The notes below the pieces were generated by a model. That model saw only the letters and a list, made by a program, of their open reading frames with translations. It was not told the DNA's origin and did no database searches. From a virus (taxonomy: Duplodnaviria > Caudoviricetes): a stretch of DNA of 33,108 bases. The stretch is from positions 1 to 33,108 of IMG/VR virus record IMGVR_UViG_3300032227_000522. The stretch is one strand, 5' to 3'. Positions within the stretch are counted from its first letter, which is position 1. Each line of letters begins with the position of its first letter. Shown here piece by piece: positions 7,271 through 17,289 of this stretch. A program made the position numbers and the translations under genes.

Positions 7271-7277
7271 GGTTCTC

Positions 7278-8207
7278 CTATGTGATGTTTACCCACGCGC
7301 TGGTGGCGTTGTTGTATCGTTTTGCTGTTGTAAGACTAACCCACTGCCCACTTGCTTGGTCGTAACGTTTTGCCGTGTTGATTGCACCCCACGTGGATCC
7401 GCTACGGCGGTAACCATAAGAGGTCGGCGTAGTTGAGATGACGTTCGAACGAATCGACGCCGGTTGCGAACCGTGAGCGTCCGACACAGCATTCAAAGCG
7501 CCCACCCGGAAGTAATAGAGCGTCCCAGAGTTCAGACCAGTAACCGTCAGGGTAGTAGCCGTCGATCCAGTATCGGCAATCGAACCGGCAAGAGTGGCAA
7601 AGTTCGAAACGGTAGACCACTCCACTCGGTAACCGTTGATTGCCAAACCACCAGTTGTACCGGGCGTCCAAGCCAAATCAACCGCACCGAAGGTCACGCT
7701 GTCCACCGCCGAGGTGAGCGTCGGCGCTCCCGGGATTGTATTGAAGTAAATCGTGCCGCGAAGTTTGCTGTTCCACGTGGAGTTGGTCGTCCAGTCCGAT
7801 TTCTCGAGCCACGTAGTTCCTGTGCCACCTCGGTAGAAACCGACCCCGGTGGATCCGTCATCGCAGTGCTGGCCGTAGTAATAAGTTGTGTCAGCGACTA
7901 GTGCTTTGGTCAGACCCTTGTTTGTCTCGTATCGAGCAGAAACGTCATCCGCTGTTCCGGCTGGATTGAACTGGCCCGAATAAACGTCTCCAGCACCATT
8001 CAGGTTGTTGACCATCAGGATTCGTTGTGCGCCACCCGAAGCCCAGACCGTGACCGACTCGGTCAAAAGAGGCTGGAAACCCACGTCAGGTGAAACGTAG
8101 GACGCGTTCGAACCGATTGAAAAGTCTGTCATGGCTCGCCAACCAGTCCATGCAAAGAACGGCTTAGAAGTACCCGAAGCCCCGGTGGAAACGCTATCGA
8201 AAGCCAT
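7278..8207 (-). CDS. Minor tail / tail-fibre protein with fibronectin type III domain
   Basis: PGAPTL...LAWTP...GYRVEWS...TVTGLNSGTLYYFRVGALN. Confidence 0.8.
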   Translation of the reverse strand: MAFDSVSTGASGTSKPFFAWTGWRAMTDFSIGSNASYVSPDVGFQPLLTESVTVWASGGAQRILMVNNLNGAGDVYSGQFNPAGTADDVSARYETNKGLTKALVADTTYYYGQHCDDGSTGVGFYRGGTGTTWLEKSDWTTNSTWNSKLRGTIYFNTIPGAPTLTSAVDSVTFGAVDLAWTPGTTGGLAINGYRVEWSTVSNFATLAGSIADTGSTATTLTVTGLNSGTLYYFRVGALNAVSDAHGSQPASIRSNVISTTPTSYGYRRSGSTWGAINTAKRYDQASGQWVSLTTAKRYNNATSAWVNIT

Positions 8208-8217
8208 CAGTCACCGC

Positions 8218-9120
8218 CTACCAGAACCAGAGGTCGCCGTCAGCCATTCCCGAAGTCGGTGCGGTCGCTTGGACATACACACCAATCCCGGTGCGAGCCG
8301 TGGGCTTAGTTGTACCGCCTGTGCCACCTTTGGTCAAAGGAACGGTTGGCAAACGATCGCTGGAAACCGTGCCAGAAACGATGTCCTCGCCGGCGTGGGT
8401 GTGGGCGAGCGCCGCGACCCCAAGGTTTGTCCGTGCGCTAGCTGCGTCAACGGCCCCGGTTCCACCTTTGGCAATCGAGACGGTTGGGATACGACCGATG
8501 TCGAGAACGCCAGAAATGATTGCTGCGGCATCAAAAGTGGAGGGAACAACATCTGCCCACGCGGATCCGTTGTAAACCTCGAGGGTTGAGTTGGTGGTAT
8601 TCCAACCGAAGATGCCTTGAGTGCCGGTGGGACGTGTAGCCGTAGCCCACGTGTCAATCAGGAAGGTTCGTCGATCGGAAACGTTGCCAGAAACGATGCT
8701 GGTAGCGGAAGCAGCGACCGCCACGTCAGCAATCGGGAACTGGAACACCCCGGTTTCCGTCTGGGTAAGGCTGGGTCGAGCTGGGCTGACCGCCGCCGTG
8801 CCTTTTACGACTGCCAAAATAATCGAATTGACGCTCGGGTCGAGGGTCAAAACAATCGTGTCGATTCGAGGGTTCGATTCCGAAGCAACTATTGTCAGCG
8901 AAACTTCTGCCGAGTTGTTGTAGCCGTGACCGCGTACCACTGCAAACCCAGCAGGTACTTTGACGGTCATTCCTGATCCGTCACCGTAGGGCTGTAGGGC
9001 CGTGCCGCTTGGTGTCGAGTTCACGCCCGATCGACCGCCGGTCACAAGGTTACGAATCAGGGTCGTATATTGAGCCTCGGTTGTGTCTACACCCTCAAAT
9101 GGGTAACTCGTCTGTGCCAT
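8218..9120 (-). CDS. Minor tail protein
   Basis: MAQTSYPF, NPRIDTIVL, GGTGA repeats, TAPTSGMADGDLWF end. Confidence 0.85.
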   Translation of the reverse strand: MAQTSYPFEGVDTTEAQYTTLIRNLVTGGRSGVNSTPSGTALQPYGDGSGMTVKVPAGFAVVRGHGYNNSAEVSLTIVASESNPRIDTIVLTLDPSVNSIILAVVKGTAAVSPARPSLTQTETGVFQFPIADVAVAASATSIVSGNVSDRRTFLIDTWATATRPTGTQGIFGWNTTNSTLEVYNGSAWADVVPSTFDAAAIISGVLDIGRIPTVSIAKGGTGAVDAASARTNLGVAALAHTHAGEDIVSGTVSSDRLPTVPLTKGGTGGTTKPTARTGIGVYVQATAPTSGMADGDLWFW

Positions 9121-9141
9121 GTATTCCCCTAACGCTCTCTT

Positions 9142-9303
9142 CTATGATAACGCGCCGGACGGCGTTACATCGGTAATCGACTCATTGCACACGCCACAAA
9201 CCACGCACGGATCCGTCCCGGGCGCGAGTACCTCAATCTGCTGTTCTGCATTTCCACAACCAGCGGTGTGGCAGTTAACGGTAAATGGTGTGTATTCGTC
9301 CAT
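9142..9303 (-). CDS. Small Zn-ribbon tail-associated protein (53 aa)
   Basis: CHTAGCGN...CGVC; RBS GGAGG before ATG 9303. Confidence 0.7.
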   Translation of the reverse strand: MDEYTPFTVNCHTAGCGNAEQQIEVLAPGTDPCVVCGVCNESITDVTPSGALS

Positions 9304-9305
9304 GC

Positions 9306-10214
9306 TTATCCTCCTCCGCTTGATGAAGTCATTTGTGTCGCCAGCCAATGCACCGGGAAAGATAAAGTTCTGTTGACTCGGTCGGGAGCGTTGTCAAAAG
9401 AGTTAATTGTCATTCCGGTAGATGTGACGCTTGCTACCGCTGTGACATAACCACCACCACCAGAAACGTTGTTTGCCTTTGTAGCCGAGACGATTGGTGC
9501 TTGAGTAAATCTGCCAACTGGGAATGTCACTGTAGTGCTACCAAATGTTGAGTTTGATACAGAGATGGTTGCTGACCCAGCAGAGGAAGAGAAAGGCTGA
9601 ATCGTTTGAGGCTGGGTAAGCCCACCCTTTGAATATCCAAAGACCTGCAAAGTGCCAGTCCCAGTTATGCCGCTGAGAATAAGTGTGAAACCATCGTGCG
9701 TCTTGTTTGCATTCCAAGTTCCACCTCCTTGTGCAAAGTGAGTGCTGTCTTGAGATTGCGCTACTGCTCGGCTTCGCGTTGTTGAAAGTTGGGGAGCGAA
9801 GACCTTAATTTCTCCACCACCACCTGTCGTTGACATTCGACCGACTCGAATTGCACTGACCGTTCCACCCGACGCGACAAAGCCACCTCCAGAAAGTGCC
9901 TCTTGATAAGAGCTTGCATATGAAGTGGCCGAGTCGTCTGTTCCGTTGGCGCGAAAACGAATGGTGACTGCAGCATCCGAAGTTCCAGAGATGAAATTCC
10001 AATTGACTAAATAATTAGTAAAAGCAGAGGTGAAGACACCGTTAAGGCTCACGGATCCCACGCTCGAGAAAGAAACAACCCCATCCCCGGTAAAGGATCC
10101 GTTTACAACCGAGGTCGGTACGATCGGGACTAACCCTTGAGGTATCGCCGTAATCGTTGTGGCTATTTGTTCCCACCCGGCAGAGGTTTTCACATAGGTT
10201 TCACGGGCTACCAT
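9306..10214 (-). CDS. Tail fibre / receptor-binding protein with a lectin-like C-terminal domain
   Basis: VSLNGVFTSAFTNY, TVTFPVGRFTQAPIV...VHWLATQ; rich in S/T/G. Confidence 0.75.
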   Translation of the reverse strand: MVARETYVKTSAGWEQIATTITAIPQGLVPIVPTSVVNGSFTGDGVVSFSSVGSVSLNGVFTSAFTNYLVNWNFISGTSDAAVTIRFRANGTDDSATSYASSYQEALSGGGFVASGGTVSAIRVGRMSTTGGGGEIKVFAPQLSTTRSRAVAQSQDSTHFAQGGGTWNANKTHDGFTLILSGITGTGTLQVFGYSKGGLTQPQTIQPFSSSAGSATISVSNSTFGSTTVTFPVGRFTQAPIVSATKANNVSGGGGYVTAVASVTSTGMTINSFDNAPDRVNRTLSFPVHWLATQMTSSSGGG

Positions 10215-10215
10215 T

Positions 10216-12765
10216 TCACGCTCCTAAATATTCGAGGATGAGACGTGCGCTGGTGATGTTGAGCGCACCACCCGAGTTTTGCGTTCCTTGGATTCTGATT
10301 ACATCATTAGCCGTTAGTCGTTCCGAAGTAACTGCAACGCCCGAATCGTTCGTGCTTGCAGCAATCGAACCTGAAATTAGGTTACCCCAAATTGCAGTAC
10401 CGTTCTGCGTTATTTGAATCTGTCTGTAACCTGTTCCGTTAAGCGCCCACGATATTTGACCTGTGATTGAGTAACGTCCGGTCAAAGGAACGGTTACTGC
10501 ACCCGACGAAGATACAAAGCCACCCGTGTTTTCAGTAATAGTTGAATACGTCACAACGGTAGTCGTGTTGTTACCAACCGACTGAGTTGCCGTTCGGATT
10601 GTGTCAAAACGAGGAACAGCACCGACCACGTTCTGGGCCGAGTCGGTATCAATCCAAATGTCACCAATGTTTCCACCGCCCGGCTGGGTCGCTTGGGAAT
10701 AGACCCTTGGCACAGGCGTTCCCGATCGCGTGAACTCTGGAGCGTCGATATGACCACTCTCATTGATACCGCCGACCTGAGTACCATCCGAGTTATTGAA
10801 ACGAGCGATTGGATAGGATCCGTCGATGTCCTCGTTTGCGGTCACGGTGAGCGCAGGAGTTACCTCGTTATTGTCGCCGCCAATGTCAATGTAGGCCGAG
10901 ACATTCGCGCCTTGAGTGTTGAGAACTCCGTTGAATTGTGCGTTGACAATCGTTGGGTTTGTAATCGTTGCACCAACGGTAGCAACGACTCCTGCTTCAG
11001 CCGCCGTCTGGTTCTTCCACAAACCAGAAGCGGAATCGTAGGCGAGGACATTGTTGTCGGCTACGGACACAATCAGCACGTCATGGAGTTCGCGCAGTTG
11101 AAAACCGTTCTGCGGTCGAATAAAGATTTCACCGTTGGACGGGTTTGCCCGGGTAACGATACCAATGAAAACGAGGTGCGCCGGGGCTACAGGCTCATTT
11201 GCCAGACCGTAGATTAGGTTTCCGGCAGTACCGAGCCAGACGGGATCCCCAGCGGTAGCCGTCGACGTGTTTAGCCCGGCAAGTAGACCTTCCGTAATGA
11301 CGAATCCCTTACCGTTGTGGGCCAGCGTAGAAGCAATCAAACCCATCGTTTTCGAAGAGGTCTCTTCGGTCGCGTTGCTCGCTTTGCTCACGATTATGTT
11401 CGTGCCGTTTGCCGAGGAGACGTAAACGGCCTGACCCTTGGTAAGCGCCTCGCCAGCCTTTACCTCGTGCTTTAGCTGCGAAGTCCACAATGCATAGTTA
11501 TCGCTCCACTCAGCGTTGTAGTTCGTGGAGTCAATCTTCGACAAGATTTGCCCGGCGGTACCGCCGACTGGCAAACCGCCTGTCACGGATCCGCCAGAGC
11601 CTCCTTCTTTTAACTCGACAGCGTTGAGGCGCTTCGGGGTCGTACTTTCGCGCCTAGTAATAAGCGCATCAAAATCAACGCCTGACGGATCCCCAACCGT
11701 TGCCCCGATACGAATACCGTCCGAGCCGACCGTGATTGCCGTTTCCGTAACGGTCGCTGAAACTTCTTGATCGCCCACAACGACCGTCACGCGGTCGCCG
11801 AGATACCAGTCGCGCCCATAGGTCATGGTCAAATCGGAAGAGGGCAAAACGCTGACCGAAGTCATAGTGCGTCCACCGTCCGCGATTGTTTCTAGCCCAG
11901 CCTGATTTAGAACGTCTGGGTCGGCCTCGTTATTCTGGTCGACAAAGGTTTCGATTCGCCGATTCCACAAAGTCTCCGCGGCGAGCGACTCCGTATCGGA
12001 AACCTCAAGGAACGTGCGCGAAGTACCCTGCCCAGTACCGCCAACAATCGCCCGGGTGACGGAAGGCACACCGTAGCCGTAGGTTGACTTCGAAAGCGTA
12101 TCGTTCACTACGTCCAGACGGATTTCGCTGGTGCGATCCGTCGGTTCGTAGCAAGAGAACTCAAGCAAGTCCCCGGATTGCTTAATCTGAAAACCGATCG
12201 GGTCGATAGAGCCAATCTCAGAAAGTACCTCGCCCAGCACCTTGAAACGTGCCGTCTTAAAGACCGTAGAACCCAGCCCCACGTCAGCAGCTAGTGAAAG
12301 GAACGGAATCTCACGCTCCGCTGGTGCAGACGGCCCAATGTTCGCGTCCACGTATCCGTACATCACCGTCGACGCGAAACCCGACCGCGCATCGGACTCG
12401 GTTGTTTGAGCCTCTACGTCAGCCGTTCCCGGGGTCGGGTAGGCAAGGCGCTCGCCAAGAATAACGGCATCGTCCACGCCTTGAATCGTCCAAATACCCA
12501 CCGGGTCGTTAGGGCTGACTTCTTTGACCGCCGAGGTCGTATAGCCCGACATCAGTACGCCAGTCTCGCCGGTAACAATAATCCCTGCACCGGCAGCGCG
12601 AAGCTCGTCCGCTATCGGGTCGTCCGCCGGAAGCGTTATCTCCCACGTTCCCACGTTGTTGAAGCGCTGTGCGATTTTCAACCCGGGAAGGTTGTGCATC
12701 GCTATTTGCCCCACGCGGTTCAGGTTGATGTCACGTACTTCAACCACAAGGTCGCGCACGTCCAT
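10216..12765 (-). CDS. Baseplate hub/Tal-like minor tail protein with long C-terminal fibre domains
   Basis: RFNNVGTWEITL, YGRDWYLGDRVTV, GLPVGGTAGQILSK, ELHDV; follows the Dit-like gene. Confidence 0.85.
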   Translation of the reverse strand: MDVRDLVVEVRDINLNRVGQIAMHNLPGLKIAQRFNNVGTWEITLPADDPIADELRAAGAGIIVTGETGVLMSGYTTSAVKEVSPNDPVGIWTIQGVDDAVILGERLAYPTPGTADVEAQTTESDARSGFASTVMYGYVDANIGPSAPAEREIPFLSLAADVGLGSTVFKTARFKVLGEVLSEIGSIDPIGFQIKQSGDLLEFSCYEPTDRTSEIRLDVVNDTLSKSTYGYGVPSVTRAIVGGTGQGTSRTFLEVSDTESLAAETLWNRRIETFVDQNNEADPDVLNQAGLETIADGGRTMTSVSVLPSSDLTMTYGRDWYLGDRVTVVVGDQEVSATVTETAITVGSDGIRIGATVGDPSGVDFDALITRRESTTPKRLNAVELKEGGSGGSVTGGLPVGGTAGQILSKIDSTNYNAEWSDNYALWTSQLKHEVKAGEALTKGQAVYVSSANGTNIIVSKASNATEETSSKTMGLIASTLAHNGKGFVITEGLLAGLNTSTATAGDPVWLGTAGNLIYGLANEPVAPAHLVFIGIVTRANPSNGEIFIRPQNGFQLRELHDVLIVSVADNNVLAYDSASGLWKNQTAAEAGVVATVGATITNPTIVNAQFNGVLNTQGANVSAYIDIGGDNNEVTPALTVTANEDIDGSYPIARFNNSDGTQVGGINESGHIDAPEFTRSGTPVPRVYSQATQPGGGNIGDIWIDTDSAQNVVGAVPRFDTIRTATQSVGNNTTTVVTYSTITENTGGFVSSSGAVTVPLTGRYSITGQISWALNGTGYRQIQITQNGTAIWGNLISGSIAASTNDSGVAVTSERLTANDVIRIQGTQNSGGALNITSARLILEYLGA

Positions 12766-13616
12766 TAGTGCAAGACTTCCTTACGAATCTGCCACGCGAT
12801 TGTGATTACGGTCGCTGAGGTTGCCCCGGTAGCGACAACGGCAAGGTCTGAGAGTCCGGAAGGGAATCGGAGCATCTTCGGGGACGGCCCGAGGGATCCG
12901 TAGTGGTTTGCCCCGGTAGCGTCCACAACCGTTCCGTTCACAGAATCGACCGTGATGGTTTCTGTTGAAAGTATGGTCTCGTCAAACGACCAACCGCGAC
13001 CGTCGCTTGTTGTGATTTCTAGCGTGTCGATGTCGCCTTTGAAGGTGACCGTGGGTAGCGCTTCCACATCGCCGATATTGTCGATGGTTACGTTGCCGAT
13101 CACGTTCGAGGACGAGACGCGAAGTTCAGCAAGGTCGGGAATAAGCGAACGGCCCGAGAAACCGGCGTTGGTCAAAATAATCTGTTCGCTTGTTTGTGAC
13201 TTCCAGAAAGGGTCGGGGCATTGGAGGGTAAGCACCCAGTTCGCAAATAGGTCGTTTTCATCTTCCCCACGCGAACCCTCTGCGCCACCAACGTAGTAGC
13301 CGGTCAGTTCCCAAGAGTAACCGTCCTCATAAACCGCTACAACGGTCACAGGGCCGGCTTTGAGAAGCCGTGACACCCGGCGTAGCGCATCCTCTACGAA
13401 CGCCCGAGAATCGCCCACAACGGTTATGGGGATGTCTACAGTACGCACGGCGCGTCGAGCGTGACGGAATACGCCACCATCGGTAGCCGATTGGTCGATA
13501 CGCACCTCGGCTTGTGGAATAGAGAAACCAGCAATTCCCGACCGGGCGATGTAAACGGATCCGTCAAACGCAATCGTGTCGCCGTTCGCGCCGCGAAGAG
13601 AAAGTTGCACTACCAA
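12765..13616 (-). CDS. Distal tail (Dit-like) protein
   Basis: Immediately follows the tape measure gene; LTLQCPDPFW, NIGDVEALP. Confidence 0.85.
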   Translation of the reverse strand: MVVQLSLRGANGDTIAFDGSVYIARSGIAGFSIPQAEVRIDQSATDGGVFRHARRAVRTVDIPITVVGDSRAFVEDALRRVSRLLKAGPVTVVAVYEDGYSWELTGYYVGGAEGSRGEDENDLFANWVLTLQCPDPFWKSQTSEQIILTNAGFSGRSLIPDLAELRVSSSNVIGNVTIDNIGDVEALPTVTFKGDIDTLEITTSDGRGWSFDETILSTETITVDSVNGTVVDATGANHYGSLGPSPKMLRFPSGLSDLAVVATGATSATVITIAWQIRKEVLH

Positions 13617-15403
13617 CCTGCCACCACCTTTGCCCGGCGCATAGCGCTCAAGAGTTCCTGCTCACCGTCAAGAGTTGCGTTCGGGGCCGCGTTGTAAATG
13701 ATAGTTTGACCGCCAGCACGGTCGAGAGGGGTAACCGTTGCTCCCCGGGGAAGCGTAAGGATTTCTGCACCCTTTTCGCCGACCATAACGGATCCGCCGC
13801 TAGTGAGCGTTCCACCCTTTGCCAACTTCGGAATCCTAGGAATATTAAAACCGATTGTTTGCCCACCGAATTCCGGCACCCAGTCTGGTACGTCAATCTT
13901 TATGGAGTTGAGACCATTGATGACTTTGTTAATCATGTCGATTATGAAGTTGACCGGCGGTTTGATGAAATCGATGATTGACTCGAATGCTTTACCGACA
14001 ATCTCGCCCAGTCCACTAAAGACGGCTACGGCGGTGTCTGCTACAACGTGGAAAGCCTTAACGATGAAGTCAACGACTGGTTTGATTACGTTTAGCCAGA
14101 GAACTTCAAACGCGCCACCGATTGCTTTGAGCGCTGGTTTGATTGCGTTATCCCAGAGCCACTCGGCCGCCATCGCGAGTAGCGCGAAGCCGATCAACCA
14201 CGCGGTGATGATTGGGTTGATGATGTAGTCCCACAGGAACTTGAAAGCGGCCCCGATGAAATCGAAGATGGGTTTGAGGACGGTTTCCCAAAGCCAAGTC
14301 CACGCCATAGAAATAGCGTCGACCATTATTTGCCACGTGTCTTGGAAGAAGGTGGTCTCGTTCGCGAGGTAAATAATCACACCGATGAGCGCACCGATCG
14401 CGAGCGATATCATTCCAATCGGGCTGGCAATCCACGCCGCCGTCAGAGCCAACTGGGCCGTTACCGCACCCCAGAGAACCGGCATCAAAGCGATAAAGGC
14501 AGGAATGAGAGTCACAAGAATAACCGTGCCTATTCCAGCCAGCACCGGGATAATAATTTGAGGGTTATCGACCATCCATTGGAAAACCGGAATCACGGTC
14601 GTATTCATAAACGAAGCCAGCCCGGTAACCGCCGGGAGGAACGCTTGCCCGATTGACGCGGACAGGTTGGTGAACTGCGCCGCCATGATTCGTTGCTGGT
14701 TAGCCAGCCCACCCGAGGTTCGTTCGAAGTCACCAGCTGCAGCACCGGTCTGTTCATAGATAAGCGCCTGAGCTGCCAGAATCTTCTGTTGCGGAGTTAG
14801 CGCTTCCTTAGTGGTCATAATCAAGCCAAGGGAGAGTGCCTTATTTCGCAAAGACCAATCGTCCAGCAGAATTCCGTATTTACGGATCGGTTCAGCCTCA
14901 CCGCGAAGCGCCGCACCAATTGCGACGATTGCTTCTTCCGGCGAAGTGTTATTGAACGACGCAAGGTCGGACGCGGTAGTTGCCAGCCCGGTAGCGAAGC
15001 CAGCGAGGTCGTCTCCAGAAAGCCCGGCGGCGTTTCCAAAGATACCGAACGTTTTAGCGGCGTTGAGTGCTTCGAGTTGGGATTGTCCTAAAGCGGTGGA
15101 TGCGCCTTTTGCGAACGAATCAATCTTTCCAAACGAAGTCCCGAAGATTTCCCCGACGGCGCTCCCGGCTTCAGCAAGGTCAGAAGCGGCCCCAATCGAG
15201 TCCTTGACGTAAGAACCAATCGCGGCGATACCGATAGCGGCGGCAATTGGGCCAGCGAACTTCTTGAGCGAACCCAGCATTCCTGCGCCGAGGGCTTCAC
15301 CGCTGATCGCGCCAGCGCCACCCATTTCCGAACTAATAGCCGCGGCAATTCCGGTCGTGGTTGGAATAATCTGGACATACGCCTCCGCAATGCGTTCAGC
15401 CAT
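13610..15403 (-). CDS. Tape measure protein (~597 aa, short)
   Basis: IAEAYVQIIP N-terminus, DLASFNN, Trp-spaced repeats, IPKLAKGG...VGEKGAE. Confidence 0.92.
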   Translation of the reverse strand: MAERIAEAYVQIIPTTTGIAAAISSEMGGAGAISGEALGAGMLGSLKKFAGPIAAAIGIAAIGSYVKDSIGAASDLAEAGSAVGEIFGTSFGKIDSFAKGASTALGQSQLEALNAAKTFGIFGNAAGLSGDDLAGFATGLATTASDLASFNNTSPEEAIVAIGAALRGEAEPIRKYGILLDDWSLRNKALSLGLIMTTKEALTPQQKILAAQALIYEQTGAAAGDFERTSGGLANQQRIMAAQFTNLSASIGQAFLPAVTGLASFMNTTVIPVFQWMVDNPQIIIPVLAGIGTVILVTLIPAFIALMPVLWGAVTAQLALTAAWIASPIGMISLAIGALIGVIIYLANETTFFQDTWQIMVDAISMAWTWLWETVLKPIFDFIGAAFKFLWDYIINPIITAWLIGFALLAMAAEWLWDNAIKPALKAIGGAFEVLWLNVIKPVVDFIVKAFHVVADTAVAVFSGLGEIVGKAFESIIDFIKPPVNFIIDMINKVINGLNSIKIDVPDWVPEFGGQTIGFNIPRIPKLAKGGTLTSGGSVMVGEKGAEILTLPRGATVTPLDRAGGQTIIYNAAPNATLDGEQELLSAMRRAKVVAGW

Positions 15404-15788
15404 GACCACCACCTCTCGCCGGGTTCATCCTCTTTAGAATACTGTCTATCTCGTCCCGAGTGCGAACGCGACTCGGAGCAATCCTGCTGGTTACATTCTC
15501 CCACGGACGCTCCATAGGTTTGCCCTTCTTTGAGTTCAAACGAAGCGTCAAGTCGTAAATGTTTGCCAGCACCATCCACTCGTGAGAGGCAGGGTATCGC
15601 CAGCCACCAAGGGAAGCGGCGAGCAACGTGGACGGATCCACCGTGAGCGCCTCTACGAGGTGCGTAGCCTCACGCCACGAGATAGAACGACCCACCTCGC
15701 TAAAACCGACCGCATAACGCCTTCTGAAGTCTGAATACAGGGCCGTGGGATGGTCTTGCTCCAGTTCCAGAAGGCGATCTATTCCGGG
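15396..15788 (-). CDS. Tail assembly chaperone, frameshift extension (gpT-like)
   Basis: Lies in the -1 frame relative to the upstream chaperone, between it and the tape measure gene. Confidence 0.8.
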   Translation of the reverse strand, partial: PGIDRLLELEQDHPTALYSDFRRRYAVGFSEVGRSISWREATHLVEALTVDPSTLLAASLGGWRYPASHEWMVLANIYDLTLRLNSKKGKPMERPWENVTSRIAPSRVRTRDEIDSILKRMNPARGGGHG

Positions 15789-16015
15789 AGTGAAGCGCCT
15801 TGAGTCCATTCCTTAATTACGTCCGAGAACTCCGAGACGCTCATAGCGTCAAGCGCTTCGAGCGCCGGTGACTTCTCGCCAAGCGTCTCTTCCAGAATCA
15901 GGAACACACGGTCTTCCTCGTCCTTAGCTGCTTTACGCGAGCGACGGATTACACCTGCAGGGATATCTTTGAGAGCCGGGATTTCGAATTCTTTATTGTC
16001 GTGCTTGAATTTCAT
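15779..16015 (-). CDS. Tail assembly chaperone (gpG-like)
   Basis: 78 aa, follows the major tail gene; IPAGVIRR, ALDAMSVSEFSDVIKEW. Confidence 0.85.
   Translation of the reverse strand: MKFKHDNKEFEIPALKDIPAGVIRRSRKAAKDEEDRVFLILEETLGEKSPALEALDAMSVSEFSDVIKEWTQGASLPE
15782..15788 (-). other. Putative -1 ribosomal frameshift site C CCG GAA
   Basis: CTC CCG GAA TAG at the end of the chaperone gene; a -1 slip gives CCC GGA ATA GAT (PGID...). Confidence 0.65.
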
Positions 16016-16036
16016 GGGTAATACCTTCCGGTTGTT

Positions 16037-16074
16037 CTAGCCCGGGTCGACCAATTAGCCGACCCGGGAACTAG
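16037..16074 (-). terminator. Hairpin after major tail gene
   Basis: CCCGGGTCG-N10-CGACCCGGG flanked by CTAG repeats. Confidence 0.6.
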
Positions 16075-16081
16075 AGGCTTC

Positions 16082-16609
16082 TTAGGCTTCGAACTCCGAG
16101 TAGAAGACATCAGCCGAGCGACCGTCGACGGCGTAGGCCGTGATGGTGATGCCGTAGCCGATTGCTTCGCCGTTGGTGTAGTTCTGAGGGTCGACTGCGG
16201 TGACCTCGCCAGAGGGAACGTAGTGGCGGATTACCTTGTCGTCATCAACCACGTCGAAAACGAACGAGCGACGGCCGCCGGTAGCGCCCGGGTTGACCTC
16301 GACCTTGCCGCCGGTAACGGTGACCCCGAAGTAAAGCTCGAGAGCGTCCAGCGACGTTTCGATGAGCGTCAACTTGTAGGTCAGCGACGAATCGGTGATG
16401 ACGGTGCGAACGAGGTCGCTGTTCTGCCATGCGTTGATCGCGGTGGTCGATTTCTCCGGGGTGAATTCCAAACCGTCAGAGTTGAGGTATCCGACCTCGG
16501 TAAAGCCGGTGAGTGCCGAGTCCGACGCGGTAGGCGCGGTCGCGGATGTTTCACCGTAGTAACAAGCGCCGGTTACACCAACGCGTACTTTGCTGGCCGT
16601 AAGTGCCAT
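16082..16609 (-). CDS. Major tail protein
   Basis: VRVGVTGA, VGYLNSDGLE, INAWQNSDLVR, GYGITITAY. Confidence 0.92.
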   Translation of the reverse strand: MALTASKVRVGVTGACYYGETSATAPTASDSALTGFTEVGYLNSDGLEFTPEKSTTAINAWQNSDLVRTVITDSSLTYKLTLIETSLDALELYFGVTVTGGKVEVNPGATGGRRSFVFDVVDDDKVIRHYVPSGEVTAVDPQNYTNGEAIGYGITITAYAVDGRSADVFYSEFEA

Positions 16610-16621
16610 GATTTCTCCTTG

Positions 16622-17029
16622 TTATTTATCCTGCGCCATAACGACAACATTGAAGGTCAAATATCTCTGCTCTTCAATTCCATCGTTGTTGACTCGCGTC
16701 GGCGCAGATGTTGCGTCGATACGTTTAAGTGTACCGCCTACGCAGTTACGCACCACGGATTCCACGATACGAGCGAGCGTGTTTGCGTCACCATAATTAG
16801 CGGCGTAAATGTTCACGCCCAGTCCTTCGGTTCGCAAAAGTTCGGGAATGGTAGTTGATGCGCCTTGCGAACGAATCGTGACAATCTTCCCGGGGTACGG
16901 CTCAAGGTTTGGTGGCGGTTTCTTTACCGATACAAACACGTCCTCCGCTACAGGATCCGTTTCGAGAGCCAAAGCCTCAACAATACGATCGACAAGGGCA
17001 AGTTCTAAATCTGGGAATATTGTGTTCAC
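16622..17029 (-). CDS. Tail terminator
   Basis: Position just before the major tail gene; IFPDLE N-terminus. Confidence 0.75.
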   Translation of the reverse strand: MNTIFPDLELALVDRIVEALALETDPVAEDVFVSVKKPPPNLEPYPGKIVTIRSQGASTTIPELLRTEGLGVNIYAANYGDANTLARIVESVVRNCVGGTLKRIDATSAPTRVNNDGIEEQRYLTFNVVVMAQDK

Positions 17030-17289
17030 GTTGTGAGTCCTTTCAGAACAGCAGCTACTCGCCCATGCTCCGCTTCAGACCAGTGCGCTCGCGGATCCAT
17101 TGTTGAAACCTCCACAATCACACGGTTCTGGTTCTGGCGCGGTGCATCCACTTCCCAACCGCTACCAATTGCGTCCCGGACACGGTTTGCCTGTTCGACC
17201 ACTACTTCCTCGACCTCAGAAGAGCGCAACAAGTTACCAACGCCAGCACGATCAAGACGAATTTTAATTGCGCGAAGAGAAAGGCTCAT
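17026..17289 (-). CDS. Neck / head-tail connector-region protein
   Basis: IRLDRAGVGNLLRSSEV...EAEHG; ATG 17289 overlaps the upstream stop. Confidence 0.75.
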   Translation of the reverse strand: MSLSLRAIKIRLDRAGVGNLLRSSEVEEVVVEQANRVRDAIGSGWEVDAPRQNQNRVIVEVSTMDPRAHWSEAEHGRVAAVLKGLTT

